NCBI RefSeq assembly: GCF_036971445.1
Contig: NC_091473.1
Span: 81,716,001-81,780,000, forward strand
Length of the DNA stretch: 64,000 nt
Direction of reading: 5' to 3'
DNA from: Narcine bancroftii
Taxonomy: Eukaryota
Shown piece after piece: positions 12,700-25,521 of this stretch. Below the pieces are notes generated by a model that saw only the letters and a program-made list of their open reading frames with translations, was not told the DNA's origin and searched no databases. Made by a program: the position numbers and the translations under genes. Within the stretch, counting starts at the first letter, position 1; each line of letters opens with the position of its first letter.

Positions 12700-13950
12700 A
12701 ATGACAGGAGATTGGAGGTTTTCAGGTGCAGCAGGTTATCAGGAAGGCAAATGGAATGTTGGCCTTCATTGGTGGAGGGATGGAATTTAAGAGTAGGGAG
12801 GTAACGCTCCAACTGTACAGATGCTGGTGAGGCCACATTTGAAGTACTGCTTGCAGTTTTGGTCTCTTTACTTGAGGAAGGATGTACTTCACCAGGTTGA
12901 TTCCAGAGATGAAGGGTTAGCCTATGAAGAGAAATTGAGTCATCTGGGACTGTACTAAGTGGAAATTAGAAGAATGAGAGGCGATGTTATAGAAACATAT
13001 AAAATTATGAAAGGTATAAATAAGACATAGGTAGGCAAGTTATTTCCATTGATAGGGGAGACCAGAACTAGAGGACATAGCCTCAAGATTCAGGGTAGTA
13101 GATTTAGGACAGAGATGAGGAGGAACTGCTTTTACCAGAGGGTGGTGAATCTGTGGAATTTGCTGCCCATTGAAGGAGTGGAGGTAACCTCAGTAAATAT
13201 ATTTAAGGTTGGATTGAATTTTTACATAGTTTTTAAAAAAACTTTATTTATGTCATTCAAAAAACAATTAGTATATTACATATACAACAATTAACCCTAA
13301 ACATGAACATTATTTTTTATATATAATAGAGAAAAAAAAGAAAAAAAAAGAAAAGAACTCCCCCCCCCCCCTTCAGCCAACTCTCCTAAGGAGAGCCATA
13401 AAGAAAAAAAGAAAAAATATTTTAAAAAAATTAAGCATACATATTAAGATCTAATCAATTTAAATTGAAATGTAAATATTCTGAATATAACAACCACTTA
13501 TTAATAAAACTATAATTATCATGTGAAACATATAAAATTTTTTCCATTATTAAACAATACTTCATCTCATTATGCCATCTATTAATATCAATCATATTTG
13601 TATCTTTCCACGTACTAGCAATACATTTTTTAGCTACAGATAAAGCTAAATATACAAAAGCAAGTTGAAACTTATCTAATCCCAAACTTTTCAAAGGTTG
13701 CAAACTACCCAATAAAAACACTGTCAGATCTAAAAGTATTTTAATCTTATACAGGTATTCTAAAAACAATTGAATTTTCTTCCAAAAAGATTGTATATGT
13801 TGAATTTTTACATAGTCAAGAAATTAAGGGACATGGGAAGTAGTCAGGTAGGTGGAGATGAGCCGATCATCAGATCATCCATGATCTCATTGAATGGTGG
13901 AGCAGGCTTGACAGGCCAGATGGCCTACTCCTTTTTCTTATTTTCTTACA
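12700..13950 (+). mobile_element. CR1-type LINE 3' fragment, interrupted by an L1
   Basis: TRGHSLKIQGSRFRTEMRRNCFYQRVVNLWNLLP is a CR1 ORF2 C-terminal motif. Confidence 0.75.
13231..13799 (-). mobile_element. 5'-truncated L1 inserted in CR1
   Basis: ORF2 C-terminus AKKCIASTWK...MEKI...KW; 17-bp TSD TTGAATTTTTACATAGT at 13214-13230 and 13800-13816. Confidence 0.8.
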
Positions 13951-16031
13951 ATTGAAGGGAAAGGACAGGATGGCTAGAAAAGCAAAACCGAGGATTGGAG
14001 GGAGCATGGGGTGGGGTGTCATCTTAGCCTAACCTGGGACTGAACAATCATGGGTTTCTTCAGGAAAACTAACCTACAGGTTTAGCAAACCACAGAGAAC
14101 TCAACAGCTTAATACTTACAGAACACTTGCTATAAGATCCTCTTCCAAAGGCTAGTTTCTGTGGCCAAATCAAATCAGGAAATCCACCTACCTATTACTT
14201 CCCACTCGTGACACAGAAGGAAGATCAAAACTTTCAAATTACGATGGTTAGCAAGATCTCAAGAAACTCAGCAATGTCACTGGGCAGCACAGTTAACAAC
14301 CTGGGTTTGAATCTGATGCTGTCTATAAGGAGTTTGTAAGTTCTCCCGGAGTCTTTGTGGGTTTCCTCTGGGTGCTCCACCTTCAAAACATATGGGAGCT
14401 GTAGGTTAACTGAGGTATTTGGCCAGCACAAGCTCCTGGGCCAGAAGAGCCTGTTACTGTACTGCATGTCTAAATTTTTAAAATTTAACAGCCCACAACA
14501 TTCTGGAGAAGTAAGTAACAGCTGGTTCACAGAGCACAAAGGCAGAGACCTCCAAAGCTGGGAGTAATTCAACCATTATCTTACGAGCAGATCATAAAAT
14601 TACATGAATAGTTTGGCTGCAAAGTCACTTTCTACATGATTTTCCAAAGACCATTCATTGACTGACTGACTGTGAGCCTCCAACTATCTGTTTAAAGGCT
14701 AAACAGGAAACTGAAGATGCTTTCATCTTTAGCAAAAAATAATACTGAATTAAAAAGGAATTGTCAACCATTCAGGTTGAAGCTCTGAGGGGAAAAGGAA
14801 TGTAGCTGGAATAAAGAGAGAGGGAGGGGTGAAAAAAATACCTGGTTAGCGATGTGGACAAAGAGGGATGGGGAATGATGGCCAGATGGAGCTGCATGAG
14901 GACAGGAAGAGGTGGAAGCAGACAAGAAAGAAAATAGGGGATAGATGGAGGGTGAAGGCAGAGACAGAGGCTGAAGGATGTTTAGCATAATCAGAATCTA
15001 CATGTCACATTTTCCCTTCTCCTCCCCTCTCAGCTTTCTGCAGGGACCACTCCCTCCAGGATTCCCTTGTCCATTCATCCCTTCCCATTAATTGTCCGTA
15101 CCTCTGCGACAGCAAAAAAAAAATGACACACTTGCACTCACATCTCATCCCTCACCACCATTTGGGTCGGAAAATGGTCATTCCAAGTGAAGCAACACTT
15201 GTGAATATGCAGGTGTGCTCCCACTGTGGCCTCCTGTACAATGGAGAGATTGGATGCAAATAGGAGATTGTTTCATTGAAGAGCTTTGGACGATCCACTC
15301 CCCCCCCCCACCCCCGTACTTTTTTTTTTCTCCTCTCCCACCTCTAACCTGCTTCCTGAACTCCTGTCTCAGCCCCTTTCTCTCCTCGGGCGCCTGCCTG
15401 CTTTTTGCTCATGCCTTGACATAGGCCCCAGGCCCAAAACGTTGGTTACCTTTTACTTCCCGAGTTTCTCCAGCATTTGTGCGTATTGCAAGTCCTGACA
15501 TCTGATCAGGATCTTAACGGGAATCATTTCATGGAGAGGTGGAACCAGATGGGATGTGCCTCTGGTGGGTGAAATTGTGGATAAAAGGTGGAGAGGACGA
15601 GGGGCGAGAAGAAAATGGGGGGTGGCAGAGAAAAGAAACAAGGTGGGTCAGGAGGGAAAAAGATAAACCAGAGGGTAAACTTTGCGAATTCATTATTCCA
15701 ATGATTGTGTTGGAGACCATTCGGGCAGTTTGCATTGGTCCTCGAACTGGGAGTGGAAAAGGGGATTGAAATGGCGTGGGGCTGGGAGCTCGGGCTGGGC
15801 ATTACGGACGGACAGAGCAACACCTCCACTCTGGAAGGAGAGTCGAGGAGGAATCCGCTCTTCCGTCTTGAATTTCTCGTCTTGCCACCCACACTTACCC
15901 TGCTCACTTTCAGAATGTCTCCAGGACGGACAGTGGCCACGATATTCCCCGGGTAAGTTCAAGAAACCGGAACCATTCGTTGACCGTTGGGGAGGGGGGG
16001 AAGGTATTATGGGATGGACCGGAAGTGAGAG

Positions 16032-16045
16032 GTTGCTGTGGTAAC
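16032..16045 (+). promoter_or_regulatory. RFX X-box-like motif
   Basis: GTTGCT-GT-GGTAAC is close to GTNRCC-N0-3-RGYAAC and lies 10 nt upstream of the IFT25 start codon. Confidence 0.6.
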
Positions 16046-16055
16046 GGCGAGGAAA

Positions 16056-16153
16056 ATGATGAAGCGGGACTTTGGTGTGGCCGCTGCGGGCTCGGAGCTT
16101 GTGTTAGCGACGTCGAGCGATGAGGATCACCCGCCGGAGAACATTATCGATGG
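16056..16153 (+). CDS. HSPB11: HSPB11/IFT25 coding exon 1
   Basis: MMKRDFGVAAAGSELVLATSSDEDHPPENIIDG (cf. human GSEVILATSSDEKHPPENIIDG); donor GG|GTAAGC. Confidence 0.92.
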
Positions 16154-16384
16154 GTAAGCAGCGGCTCACGGTCCCGAAAGGCAAAACGCATCCATTCTGA
16201 GCACCGGGTCGATCCGCTTCAGGCCTCCGCGTCCCCCGGCCGAGCCCGCTTCGCCCGTTGCCCCCCCCCCCCCCACACCGTGGATCTAAAAGAATCTCCA
16301 GGTCATAAACCTAAAAATCAAAACACAAACGTTCATCGACATTTTCCCTTCGCCCAATTCTACAAGGACTTTTCAAAAATATTC

Positions 16385-19300
16385 TTCTTTGGCTTGGCTT
16401 CGCGGACGAAGATTTATGGAGGGGGTAAATGTCCACGTCAGCTGCAGGCTCGTTTGTGGCTGACAAGTCCGATGCGGGACAGGCAGACACGGTTGCAGCG
16501 GCTGCAGGGGAAAATTTGTTGGTTGGGGTTGGGTGTTGGGTTTTTCCTCCTTTGCCTTTTGTCAGTGAGGTGGGCTCTGCGGTCTTCATCAAAGGAGGTT
16601 GCTGCCTGCCTAACTGTGAGGCGCCACGATGCACGGTTTGAGGCGAGATCAGCCCACTGGCGGTGGTCAATGGGGCAGGCACCAAGAGATTTCTTTAGGC
16701 AGTCCTTGTACCTTTTCTTTGGAGCACCTCTGTCACGGTGGCCAGTGGAGAGCTCGCCATATAACACGATCTTGGGAAGGCGATGGTCCTCCATTCTGGA
16801 GACGTGACCCATCCAGCGCAGCTGGATCTTCAGCAGCGTGGACTCGATGCTGTCGACCTCTGCCATCTCGAGTACTTCGACGTTAGGGGTGTAAGCGCTC
16901 CAATGGATGTTGAGGATGGAGCGGAGACAACGCTGGTGGAAGCGTTCTATGAGACGTAGGTGGTGCCGGTAGAGGACCCATGATTCGGAGCCGAACAGGA
17001 GTGTGGGTATGACAACGGCTCTGTATACGCTTATCTTTGTGAGGTTTTTCAGTTGGTTGTTTTTCCAGACTCTTTTGTGTAGTCTTCCAAAGGCGCTATT
17101 TGCCTTGGCGAGTCTGTTGTCTATCTCATTGTCGATCCTTGCATCTGATGAAATGGTGCAGCCGAGATAGGTAAACTGGTTGACCGTTTTGAGTTTTGTG
17201 TGCCCGATGGAGATGTGGGGGGGCTGGTAGTCATGGTGGGGAGCTGGCTGATGGAGGACCTCAGTTTTCTTCAGGCTGACTACCAGGCCAAACATTTTGG
17301 CAGTTTCCGCAAAGCAGGACGTCAAGCGCTGAAGAGCTGGCTCTGAATGGGCAACTAAAGCGGCATCATCTGCAAAGAGTAGTTCACGGACAAGTTTCTC
17401 TTGTGTCTTGGTGTGAGCATGCAGGCGCCTCAGATTGAAGAGACTGCCATCCGTGCGGTACCGGATGTAAACAGCGTCTTCATTGTTGGGGTCTTTCATG
17501 GCTTGGTTCAGCATCATGCTGAAGAAGATTGAAAAGAGGGTTGGTGCGAGAACGCAGCCTTGCTTCACGCCATTGTTAATGGAGAAGGGTTCGGAGAGCT
17601 CATTGCTGTATCTGACCCGACCTTGTTGGTTTTCATGCAGTTGGATAATCATGTTGAGGAACTTTGGGGGACATCCGATGCGCTCTAGTATTTGCCAAAG
17701 CCCTTTCCTGCTCACGGTGTCGAAGGCTTTGGTGAGGTCAACAAAGGTGATGTAGAGTCCTTTGTTTTGTTCTCTGCACTTTTCTTGGAGCTGTCTGAGG
17801 GCAAAGACCATGTCAGTGGTTCCTCTGTTTGCGCGAAAGCCGCACTGTGATTCTGGGAGAATATTCTCGGCGACACTAGGTATTATTCTATTTAGTAGAA
17901 TCCTAGCGAAGATTTTGCCTGCAATGGAGAGCAACGTGATTCCCCTGTAGTTTGAGCAGTCTGATTTCTCGCCTTTGTTTTTGTACAGGGTGATGATGGT
18001 GGCATCACGAAGATCCTGAGGCAGTTTACCTTGGTCCCAACAAAGCTTGAAAAACTCATGCAGTTTGGCATGCAGAGTTTTGCCGCCAGCCTTCCAGACT
18101 TCTGGGGGGATTCCATCCATACCTGCTGCTTTGCCACATTTCACTTGTTCGATTGCCTTATATGTCTCATCCAGGGTGGGAACCTCATCCAGCTCTAGCC
18201 TTAGGAGCTGTTGAGGGAGCTGGAGCAGGGCGGAATCTTGGACTGAGCGGTTGGCACTGAAAAGAGATTGGAAGTGTTCTGACCATCGGTTGAGGATGGA
18301 GATCTTGTCGCTGAGGAGGACTTTGCCGTCTGAGCTGCGCAGCGGGCTTTGGACTTGGGGTGAGGGGCCGTACACAGCCTTTAGAGCCTCGTAGAAACCC
18401 CTGAAGTCGCCAATGTCTGCGCTGAGCTGTGTTCGTTTGGCGAGGCTAGTCCACCACTCATTTTGGATCTCCCGGAGTTTACGCTGAAGATGGCTGCATG
18501 CGCGACGGAAGGCTTGTTTCTTCTCTGGACAGGACGGCTTTGTAAGGTGAGCCTGGTGGGCAGCTCGCTTCTTTGCCAGCAGCTCCTGGATTTCCTGGCT
18601 GTTTTCGTCGAACCAGTCCTTGTTTTTCCTGGAGGAGAAGCCCAGTACCTCTTCAGTGGATTGCAGTATGGTAGTCTTCAACTGATCCCAGAGGGTTTCA
18701 GGGGACGGGTCCGTGAGGCGGGTTGCATCGTCGAGCTTTGCTTTGAGGTTTGCCTGGAAGTTTCCTCTCGCTTCGTCTGACTGCAGGTTTCCAACATTGA
18801 ACCTCTTTCTGGGGGCTTTATTGTTCCTGGGCTTTGGTTTGAAGTGAAGGTTGAGCTTGCAGCGAACCAGCCGGTGGTCAGTGTGGCATTCCGCGCTAGG
18901 CATGACCCTGGTGTGGAGCACATCTCGTTTGTCACTTTCTCGCACCAGGATGTAGTCCAGGAGGTGCCAGTGTTTGGATCGGGGATGCATCCAGGTGGTC
19001 TTAAGGCTGTCCCTCTGCTGAAAAAGGGTGTTTGTAATGACAAGCCGCTGTTCTGCGCAGAGCTCCAACAGGAGGCGCCCATTGTCGTTGCACTTGCCGA
19101 CGCCATGCTTGCCCAGGATTCCTGGCCAGGTTTCTGAGTCTTTGCCGACACGAGCGTTGAAGTCGCCCAGGATGACAACCTTGTCGGCTGTAGGGGTACG
19201 TTGGATGAGGTTGCGCAGGTTGGTGTAGAACTTGTTCTTTTCTGCTGGTTCCGCCTGGAGGGTTGGAGCATAGACACTGATTAGGGTGATGTGACGCTTG

Positions 19301-20203
19301 TTTTGAAGTGGGAGTCGCATGGACATGATTCGGTCCGAGAGGCCTGTCGGAAGGTTTTCGAGTTTGGAGGCAATGAAGCTCTTGACCATGAAGCCTACAC
19401 CAGATAGGCGTCATTCATCCGAAGGCTTGCCAGACCAGTAGAGTGTGTAGCCCGCGCCGCGTTCTTGGAGGCTGCCTACATCTGCCAGGCGGACTTCACT
19501 GAGAGCGGCTATGTCGATGTCAAGTCTGAGGAGTTCATGTGCAATGAGGGCAGACCGACGTTCAGGTCGGTGGCTGTCAGCCTTGTCTAGCATGGTTCTG
19601 ATGTTCCAGCATGCTAGCTTGAGTTTGTGAGCATCTTTTGAGGGGGAGGACGTGGAGGGGGAGGACGTGGACCTGTCCTCGGGCCTGCGCAAAGGAGCTT
19701 TTAGGTGGAGTGCAGTGCGCGCAGTACTGGCCCCACCCTTTACACCCATGGTTCGTGTGCCGTGGCCGAGCAAGCTGGGACGTGGCAGCGAGGTCCTTGG
19801 GTCGTAGGTTTTATATCGGAGTGGCCTTCTCCTATGCAGGTTTCTTACCCGGGCTGGAGGGGCCTGCCTCCCCTCTTAGGTCGGTCCATACTGCCCGGAC
19901 CGGGGCCGAGGCCGCCGCAGCTCACCCTGTGCCTGGACTGGGGCCGCCGCCTCCCACTCTCAGCCCGGATCGGGGCCTTCGCCTGCCCCACTCGACCGAG
20001 GCCGGGGCCGCCGTCTCCCCCTTGCTCCTGCCCGGGTCGGGGCCGCCGCCGTCTACCCTTCGCCCGGACCGGGGCCGGGGCCGCTGCTGCTCTCCCTGTG
20101 CCCGGACTGGGGCCGCCGCCTCCCACTCCCTGTCCGGACCGTGGCCTCCGCCTGCCTCACTTGACTGAGGCCGGGGCCGCCGTCTCCCCCTTGCTCCTGC
20201 CCG
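16385..20203 (-). mobile_element. Near full-length RTE-clade LINE in HSPB11 intron 1
   Basis: Single ORF with APE endonuclease and RT (LLFADDAAL) plus a C-terminal CxxC...H motif; (GAA) tail at 16385; GC-rich repeated 5' region. Confidence 0.92.
16438..19773 (-). pseudogene. RTE APE-RT ORF with one in-frame TGA (19411-19413)
   Basis: ORFs 19411-19773 (LACWNIRTM...AALSEVR) and 16438-19389 are in the same frame, separated only by a TGA. Confidence 0.9.
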
Positions 20204-20719
20204 TATTGTCATGTAGAATGTATTTAGGTACCGAAATTCTTTCTTGCTGCAAACCGGAACTTTTCAGAACAACAGTGCAATAATAAATATTCAGTAATAA
20301 GACACAAAGGTGAGAGAAACCCAGCAGGTCAAGCAGCGCCCTTTATGTTGCAAAGGTAAAAATACATAACTGACGTTTCTGGCTTGAGCCTTTCATCCGG
20401 GAATGGGAAAATGTCGGCCGGCATCAGAACAAATGAGGAGGGGAGAGGGGTGGTCGCAAGGCAGGAGGTGACAGGTGGAGAAGGGAAGGAGTAGAGATCA
20501 AGGGGAGGAGGGATGGCCAGGATAAATACTATGGTTAGTCAAGAAAAGGGGTTTGATAAATGCATTAGTGCAAACGGTTTTTGTCATCTTGGAGTAGTTT
20601 ATAGTTCAGAAGATATACGAGCAGAAATAGGCCAATGCCCAGTGAGGTTGCTCTGCCATTCTATCAAAAACACAATGCTGAAAAAAACTCATCATCAAAC
20701 AGTGTACTTTTTACTCTTA

Positions 20720-23395
20720 TTGTGAGCTGATCCATCCTCCCACTGCCTGGCATTCTCCCTGTGCATCCCTTGATGCCCTGATTAATCAAATACCTGTCAA
20801 TCTCTGTCTTAACTACACCCGACGATCTTGTTTCCACAGCTGCCTGTGGCAACAAGTTCCATCGATTCATGAATCTCTGGCTAAAGAAATTTTTCTGCAT
20901 CTCTTAAATTGACACCCTTTTATCTTGAAGTTTTGCCCTCTTCCCTTACCATGGGAAGCAACCTTGCCACATCTACTCTACCCAGGCATTTCAGGATTTG
21001 AAATGTCTCTTTGAGGTCATCCCCTCATCCTTCTGTACTCCAACAACTGAATTTCACGACTTGTTCATGACAATAAATTCTGATTCTGAGAACAGTCCAA
21101 GAACTGACAAATGTTCCTCATATGCTAACCCTTTCATTCCTGGTATCATTTAAGTAAATCTCTGAATCCTTTCCAATGCCAGCATGCCTTTTCTCAAATA
21201 AGGTGTCCAAATCTGTACTCAATACTCCAAGTTAGGTCTCACCTGTGCCCCATAGAATCTCAACATTACATCCCTGCTCTTGAATGCTATTCTAGAAATC
21301 AGCGCCAACATTGCATTTGCCTTCTTCACCACCGACTCAACTTGGAGGTTAACCTTTAGGGTATCCTGCATGAGGACTCCAAGGTCCCTTTACACCTCCA
21401 AATTTTGAATTTTCTTCCCATCCGTGATAGTCCGCCCTGCTATTTATTTTACCAAAGTGTATGACTGTACAACTATTTCATCTTCCAACTCTTTGACCAT
21501 TTTCCTAATCAATCCAAATCTCTGCAGCATTTCAGTATCTTCAGCACCACCTGCCCTACCACCTATTTTGGTATCATCTGTAAATTTAGCTACAAAGCCA
21601 TCTGTTCCATAATCCAAATCATTTATATAAAATATAAAAAGAAACCGCCCAATACCGACCCCTTTGGAACACCTTTGGTAACCAGTAGCCAGCCAGAATG
21701 GGATCCCTGTTACGTGCCAATCAATCTATGCTCTACCCATGAAATTCCATGGGCTCTCGTCATGTTTAGCAGCCTCGTGTGGCAATTTGTCGAAGGTCTT
21801 TTGAAAGTCCAAATACATAACATCCACTGCATCTATCCTACTTGTGATCTCTTCAAAAAAATTCAGAGGTTTGTCAGGCATGATTTTCCTTTAAGGAAAT
21901 CATGCTGACTTGGGCTTATCTTTGTGCATGCCTCAAGGTACTCCACTACTTCAACCCTGACAATCAACTCCAACAGCTTCCCAACCACTGACATCAGGCT
22001 AATAGGTCTATAATTTCCCCTCTTCCCTTAAACAGCAAATTCCTGGAAGAACATTATCAATGCCTCCACAATCTCTACAGCTACCTTCTTCAGAACCTGA
22101 GGTTGCATTCCATCCAATCCAGGAGACTTATCTACCCTTAGACCATTTTGTTTCCCAAGTACCCTTTCTTTTTTGATCTTGACTGCACTCACTTTTCTCC
22201 CCAGAGACCCTTATGTCTCCAGAATGCTACTAATGTCTTCCACAGTGAAGACTGATCCAAAATACTCATTCAGTTCCTCTGCCATCTCCTTGTCTCCCAT
22301 TACAATTTCTCCAGCGTTGTTTTCTATTGGCCCAAATCCACTTTTGTCTCTCTTTTACTTTTTATATATTTAAAAAAAACTTTTAGTATCCTCTTTTATA
22401 TTATTTGCTAACCTCCTTTCATAATTCATCTTTTCCTTCCAAATCATCTCTTGGTTATCTTCTCCAAGTTTTAAAAAAGTTTCCCAGTCCTCTATCTTCC
22501 CACTAATTTTTGCTTCCTTGTATCCCATCTCTTTTGCTTTTACTTTGGCTTCAGCTACAATTGTCCATTTTTCATTCACAGTTTCCTTTTTGGTATGTGC
22601 CTATCCTGCACTTTTCTAATTTCTCACAATAACTCCAGCCATTGCTGATCTGCTGTTTTCCCTTTTTAGTGTGCTTTTCTAATCGACTTTGGCTAATTCC
22701 TCTCTCATGCCACTATAATTTCCTTTACTTCACTGAAATAAGTGACACATTGGACTTTTGGCTCTTTTCAAATTTCAGAGTAAACTCAATCATTTTGTGA
22801 TTGTTGCCTCCTAAGGGTTCCTTTACCTTAAGCTCTCTAATCATCTCTGGTTCATTACACAGTACTCAATCCAAAACAGCGGATCTCATGGTGCGCTCAT
22901 CAACAAACTGATTCAAAAGGCCATCCTGTAGGCTTACCAACTCCCTCTCCTGAGATCTCGTACTGACCTGACTTGCCCAATCTACTTTCATGTAAAATTC
23001 CCCCTTCATTAACGTAACACTGTCCTTCTACATGGCTTTTCTATTTCCAGTTGTATTTTGTAATCCACAACCCAGCTGTTGTTTGGAGGCCTGTATATAA
23101 CTACCATTAGGGTCCTTTTACCTTTACCATTATTTAACTCATCCCATAAGGATTCTACTTCTACTGGTCCTATGTCACTTCTTTCCAATGATTTAATATT
23201 GTTGCTTACCTGCAGAGCCATGACACCCTATCTGCCTACCCTCCTCCCTTCTGATACACTGTATGTCCTTGGATGTTCAGCTCCTAATGTCCTCTATCCT
23301 TTAGCCATTACTCAGTAAAGGCCACAACATTATACACTCTAATCTGTAGCTAAACCGCAAGATCATCTAATGCTAATGCTGCCTGCATTTAAGTA
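20720..23395 (-). mobile_element. Degenerate CR1-type LINE
   Basis: FFSQRFMNRWNLLP C-terminus (20664-20900), RLANNIKEDTKSFF, and endonuclease-like VESLWDEL...VIYRPPN (23009-23221). Confidence 0.75.
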
Positions 23396-23509
23396 TACAG
23401 TAAAATCCTCATTATCCTCATCAACCAGAAACTCAAACAACCAGCAAAAAAAATCAAGGAAATAAATTTTTTTTAGAAAATAAATAAAGTTTTAAAATAA
23501 AAGTTAAAA

Positions 23510-23750
23510 TTTCTTTAGACTTATAGCATGGTAACAGGCCATTTCGGCCCACAAGTCCATGCCACCCAATTAACTACAACCCCTGGTACATTTTGAACGG
23601 AGGGAGGAAGCAGGAGCCCCTGGGGAAAATTCACGTGCAAACCCATGAGAACTTACAAACTCCTTACGGACAGTGCAGGATTCGAACCCCAGTCCCAATC
23701 ACTGGTGTTGTAAAGGTGTTATGCTAACTGCTACGCCAACTGTGCCACAT
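23510..23750 (-). mobile_element. tRNA-derived SINE
   Basis: Reverse complement of the family with TGGCACAGTTGGCGTAGCAGTTAGC...GGTTCGAATCC (A/B boxes)...GTAAGGAGTTTGT. Confidence 0.7.
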
Positions 23751-24585
23751 TGTAAAAGTGAATGTTCTCTGAAGCAACACACAACCCTTGGGAGCAAAAA
23801 TTCAGGCAACGGAACACCCCAGTTGTGCCTGCCTTCACCAGCTGTTTTAATAAAGTTTCAATAAAGGTATATTTGAATAAAATGGCAGTGCCCAGGATGA
23901 AGAGCCTGCCTGGTGCCACTTGCTGCTGGAGAGACTCTCCCAAAGTGTCCCTGTCTGGTCAGAGCCTATATCTTTATTAGTATATTATTAAGCATATTAG
24001 TATGGCTTTATCTGTAAACTTGGGGGGGGGCGGTTAATTATGATGGCAGCACAGCTTACCAACTAGCGCAATGCTGTTCCAGTGCTCGCAAATAGGATTT
24101 AAATTTTAAAGAAGATGCACCAAGGGTCTGACCGGACGGAACACTGACATGGAGGTGAGTTGGGTTGCGCCGAAGGTCTGACTAGGAGACCTGGATGAAG
24201 AGCCATTCTATGTCACTTACTGCTGGTGTGACTCTCCCAAAGTGTCTCCCTATCCCTGCCTAGTTATAGTTTTTATTAATATTAAATATATTAATAAGGC
24301 TTTATCTGTAATCTTGTGGGAGGATGAGTGTTAATTAGGTTAGTGTAGCAGCCAGTGCAATGCTGTTACAGCACCACTGACCACGGTTCAAATTTAAATT
24401 TTGTATGTTTTGCGTGCATGACTTCATTAAAGCGAATTTTACTTAATTAAAGCCTACAATACTGATTTTTTTTCAAATTTCTTTACATTTTGCACTGTCT
24501 TGTGCCTTTTAATGTCGTATTCTTAATGCAGGTATATTAGGCATTGTAAGAATAAGTCAGAAATTTTTAATTTCCAGCATCTGTG

Positions 24586-24817
24586 TGTGGTGCACAGAAT
24601 AATCACGTCAACATGATGGAGTGATTAAACGGCTTTAATTAACAAAAACCTGAGCATGACTGATACTCTACTTGGCCAGGTTCCAGGTACAGGAGAAAGA
24701 GGGGGCAAGTCCAGACACGCCAGCCTTTATTGGGAAGGAGCCAAGGGAGGGGTTAGGGAAGGTCAGGTAGATTCGGACTGGCCAGTCCATACATCTATAC
24801 AATTGCCTTTCACCACA
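24586..24817 (-). mobile_element. Solo LTR (Gypsy-type)
   Basis: TGTGGTG...CACCACA termini; 5-bp TSD CTGTG at 24581-24585 and 24818-24822; layout like the LTRs at 57478 and 61108. Confidence 0.75.
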
Positions 24818-25414
24818 CTGTGTTCCCCATAGGTGCCAGAGAATGGAGATTTTACTGTAATATCTTCAGACCATGTCGTTTCTGGCTACATTAGGGTCAT
24901 CACCTGCCTGTCATCTTTGCTGCACACTATCTTTGATTTACTGCTGTTTTCCCCCTTCTTCAATCCTTCACTCTGGTTCTCATCCCCTGCCAGTTAGAGT
25001 AATAAGAGAAGGTTCAAGAGCCTGATAGCAGTTGGGGGGGGGGGAGGTGGGGGGTGGACTTTAGAGGTTCTGTACCTTCAGGCTTCTGTACTTTCTTGCC
25101 AAAAGTAGCAGTAAGAAGAGGTTGTGATCAGGCTGATAGAGCTCCTTTTTGATATTGGCTGCCTCTCGTAGCAGCATTTCATATAGATATCTAATAGATG
25201 GTTAGTTGATTATTAAGCATATTATGTCTATATTTGCTACTTTTACTTTTTGAGGGGAAAATATTGTTTATAAACATAAGTTGATCTTCAATATATTTAA
25301 AATCATGCCACTTAAGATTGAAGTTTGATGTTTTCTTATTAAACCTATAACTTCATTGAAATGAAAATGCTTTTTAAAAATTGTACATAAAAGATTTCTC
25401 ATTTTTACTTGCAG

Positions 25415-25521
25415 TAGTACAGAAACATTTTGGATCACAACAGGAATGTTCCCACAAGAATTTATTATACGTTTTCCTGAACTAATAAGTATAAGTTGTG
25501 TGAAAATTCACTCTTATAATG
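25415..25521 (+). CDS. HSPB11: HSPB11/IFT25 coding exon 2
   Basis: STETFWITTGMFPQEFIIRFPELISISCVKIHSYN; canonical AG/GT, phases compatible. Confidence 0.93.

Larger units (their letters stand above)
15680..16300. promoter_or_regulatory. CpG island / bidirectional LRRC42-HSPB11 promoter
   Basis: CpG-rich in an AT-rich background; ETS motif ACCGGAAGTG 16018-16027; minus-strand donor AGG|GTAAGT with GT at 15898-15897 (probable LRRC42 non-coding exon 1); HSPB11 ATG at 16056. Confidence 0.75.
23398..24857. mobile_element. Tc1/mariner-pogo-type non-autonomous element carrying nested SINEs and a solo LTR
   Basis: TA|CAGTAAAATCCTC ... GGAGATTTTACTG|TA termini; internal direct repeat ~23890-24110 / ~24185-24400. 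Confidence 0.65.

Noticed and set aside
19411-19413. Selenocysteine or programmed readthrough in the RTE ORF
   Set aside because: Best explained as CGA>TGA decay; no SECIS seen in the short RTE 3' UTR and the site is not a Cys/redox position.
19638-20283. Pro/Gly-rich ORFs of 93-192 aa
   Set aside because: Arise from the GC-rich repeats at the RTE 5' end; no recognisable homology.
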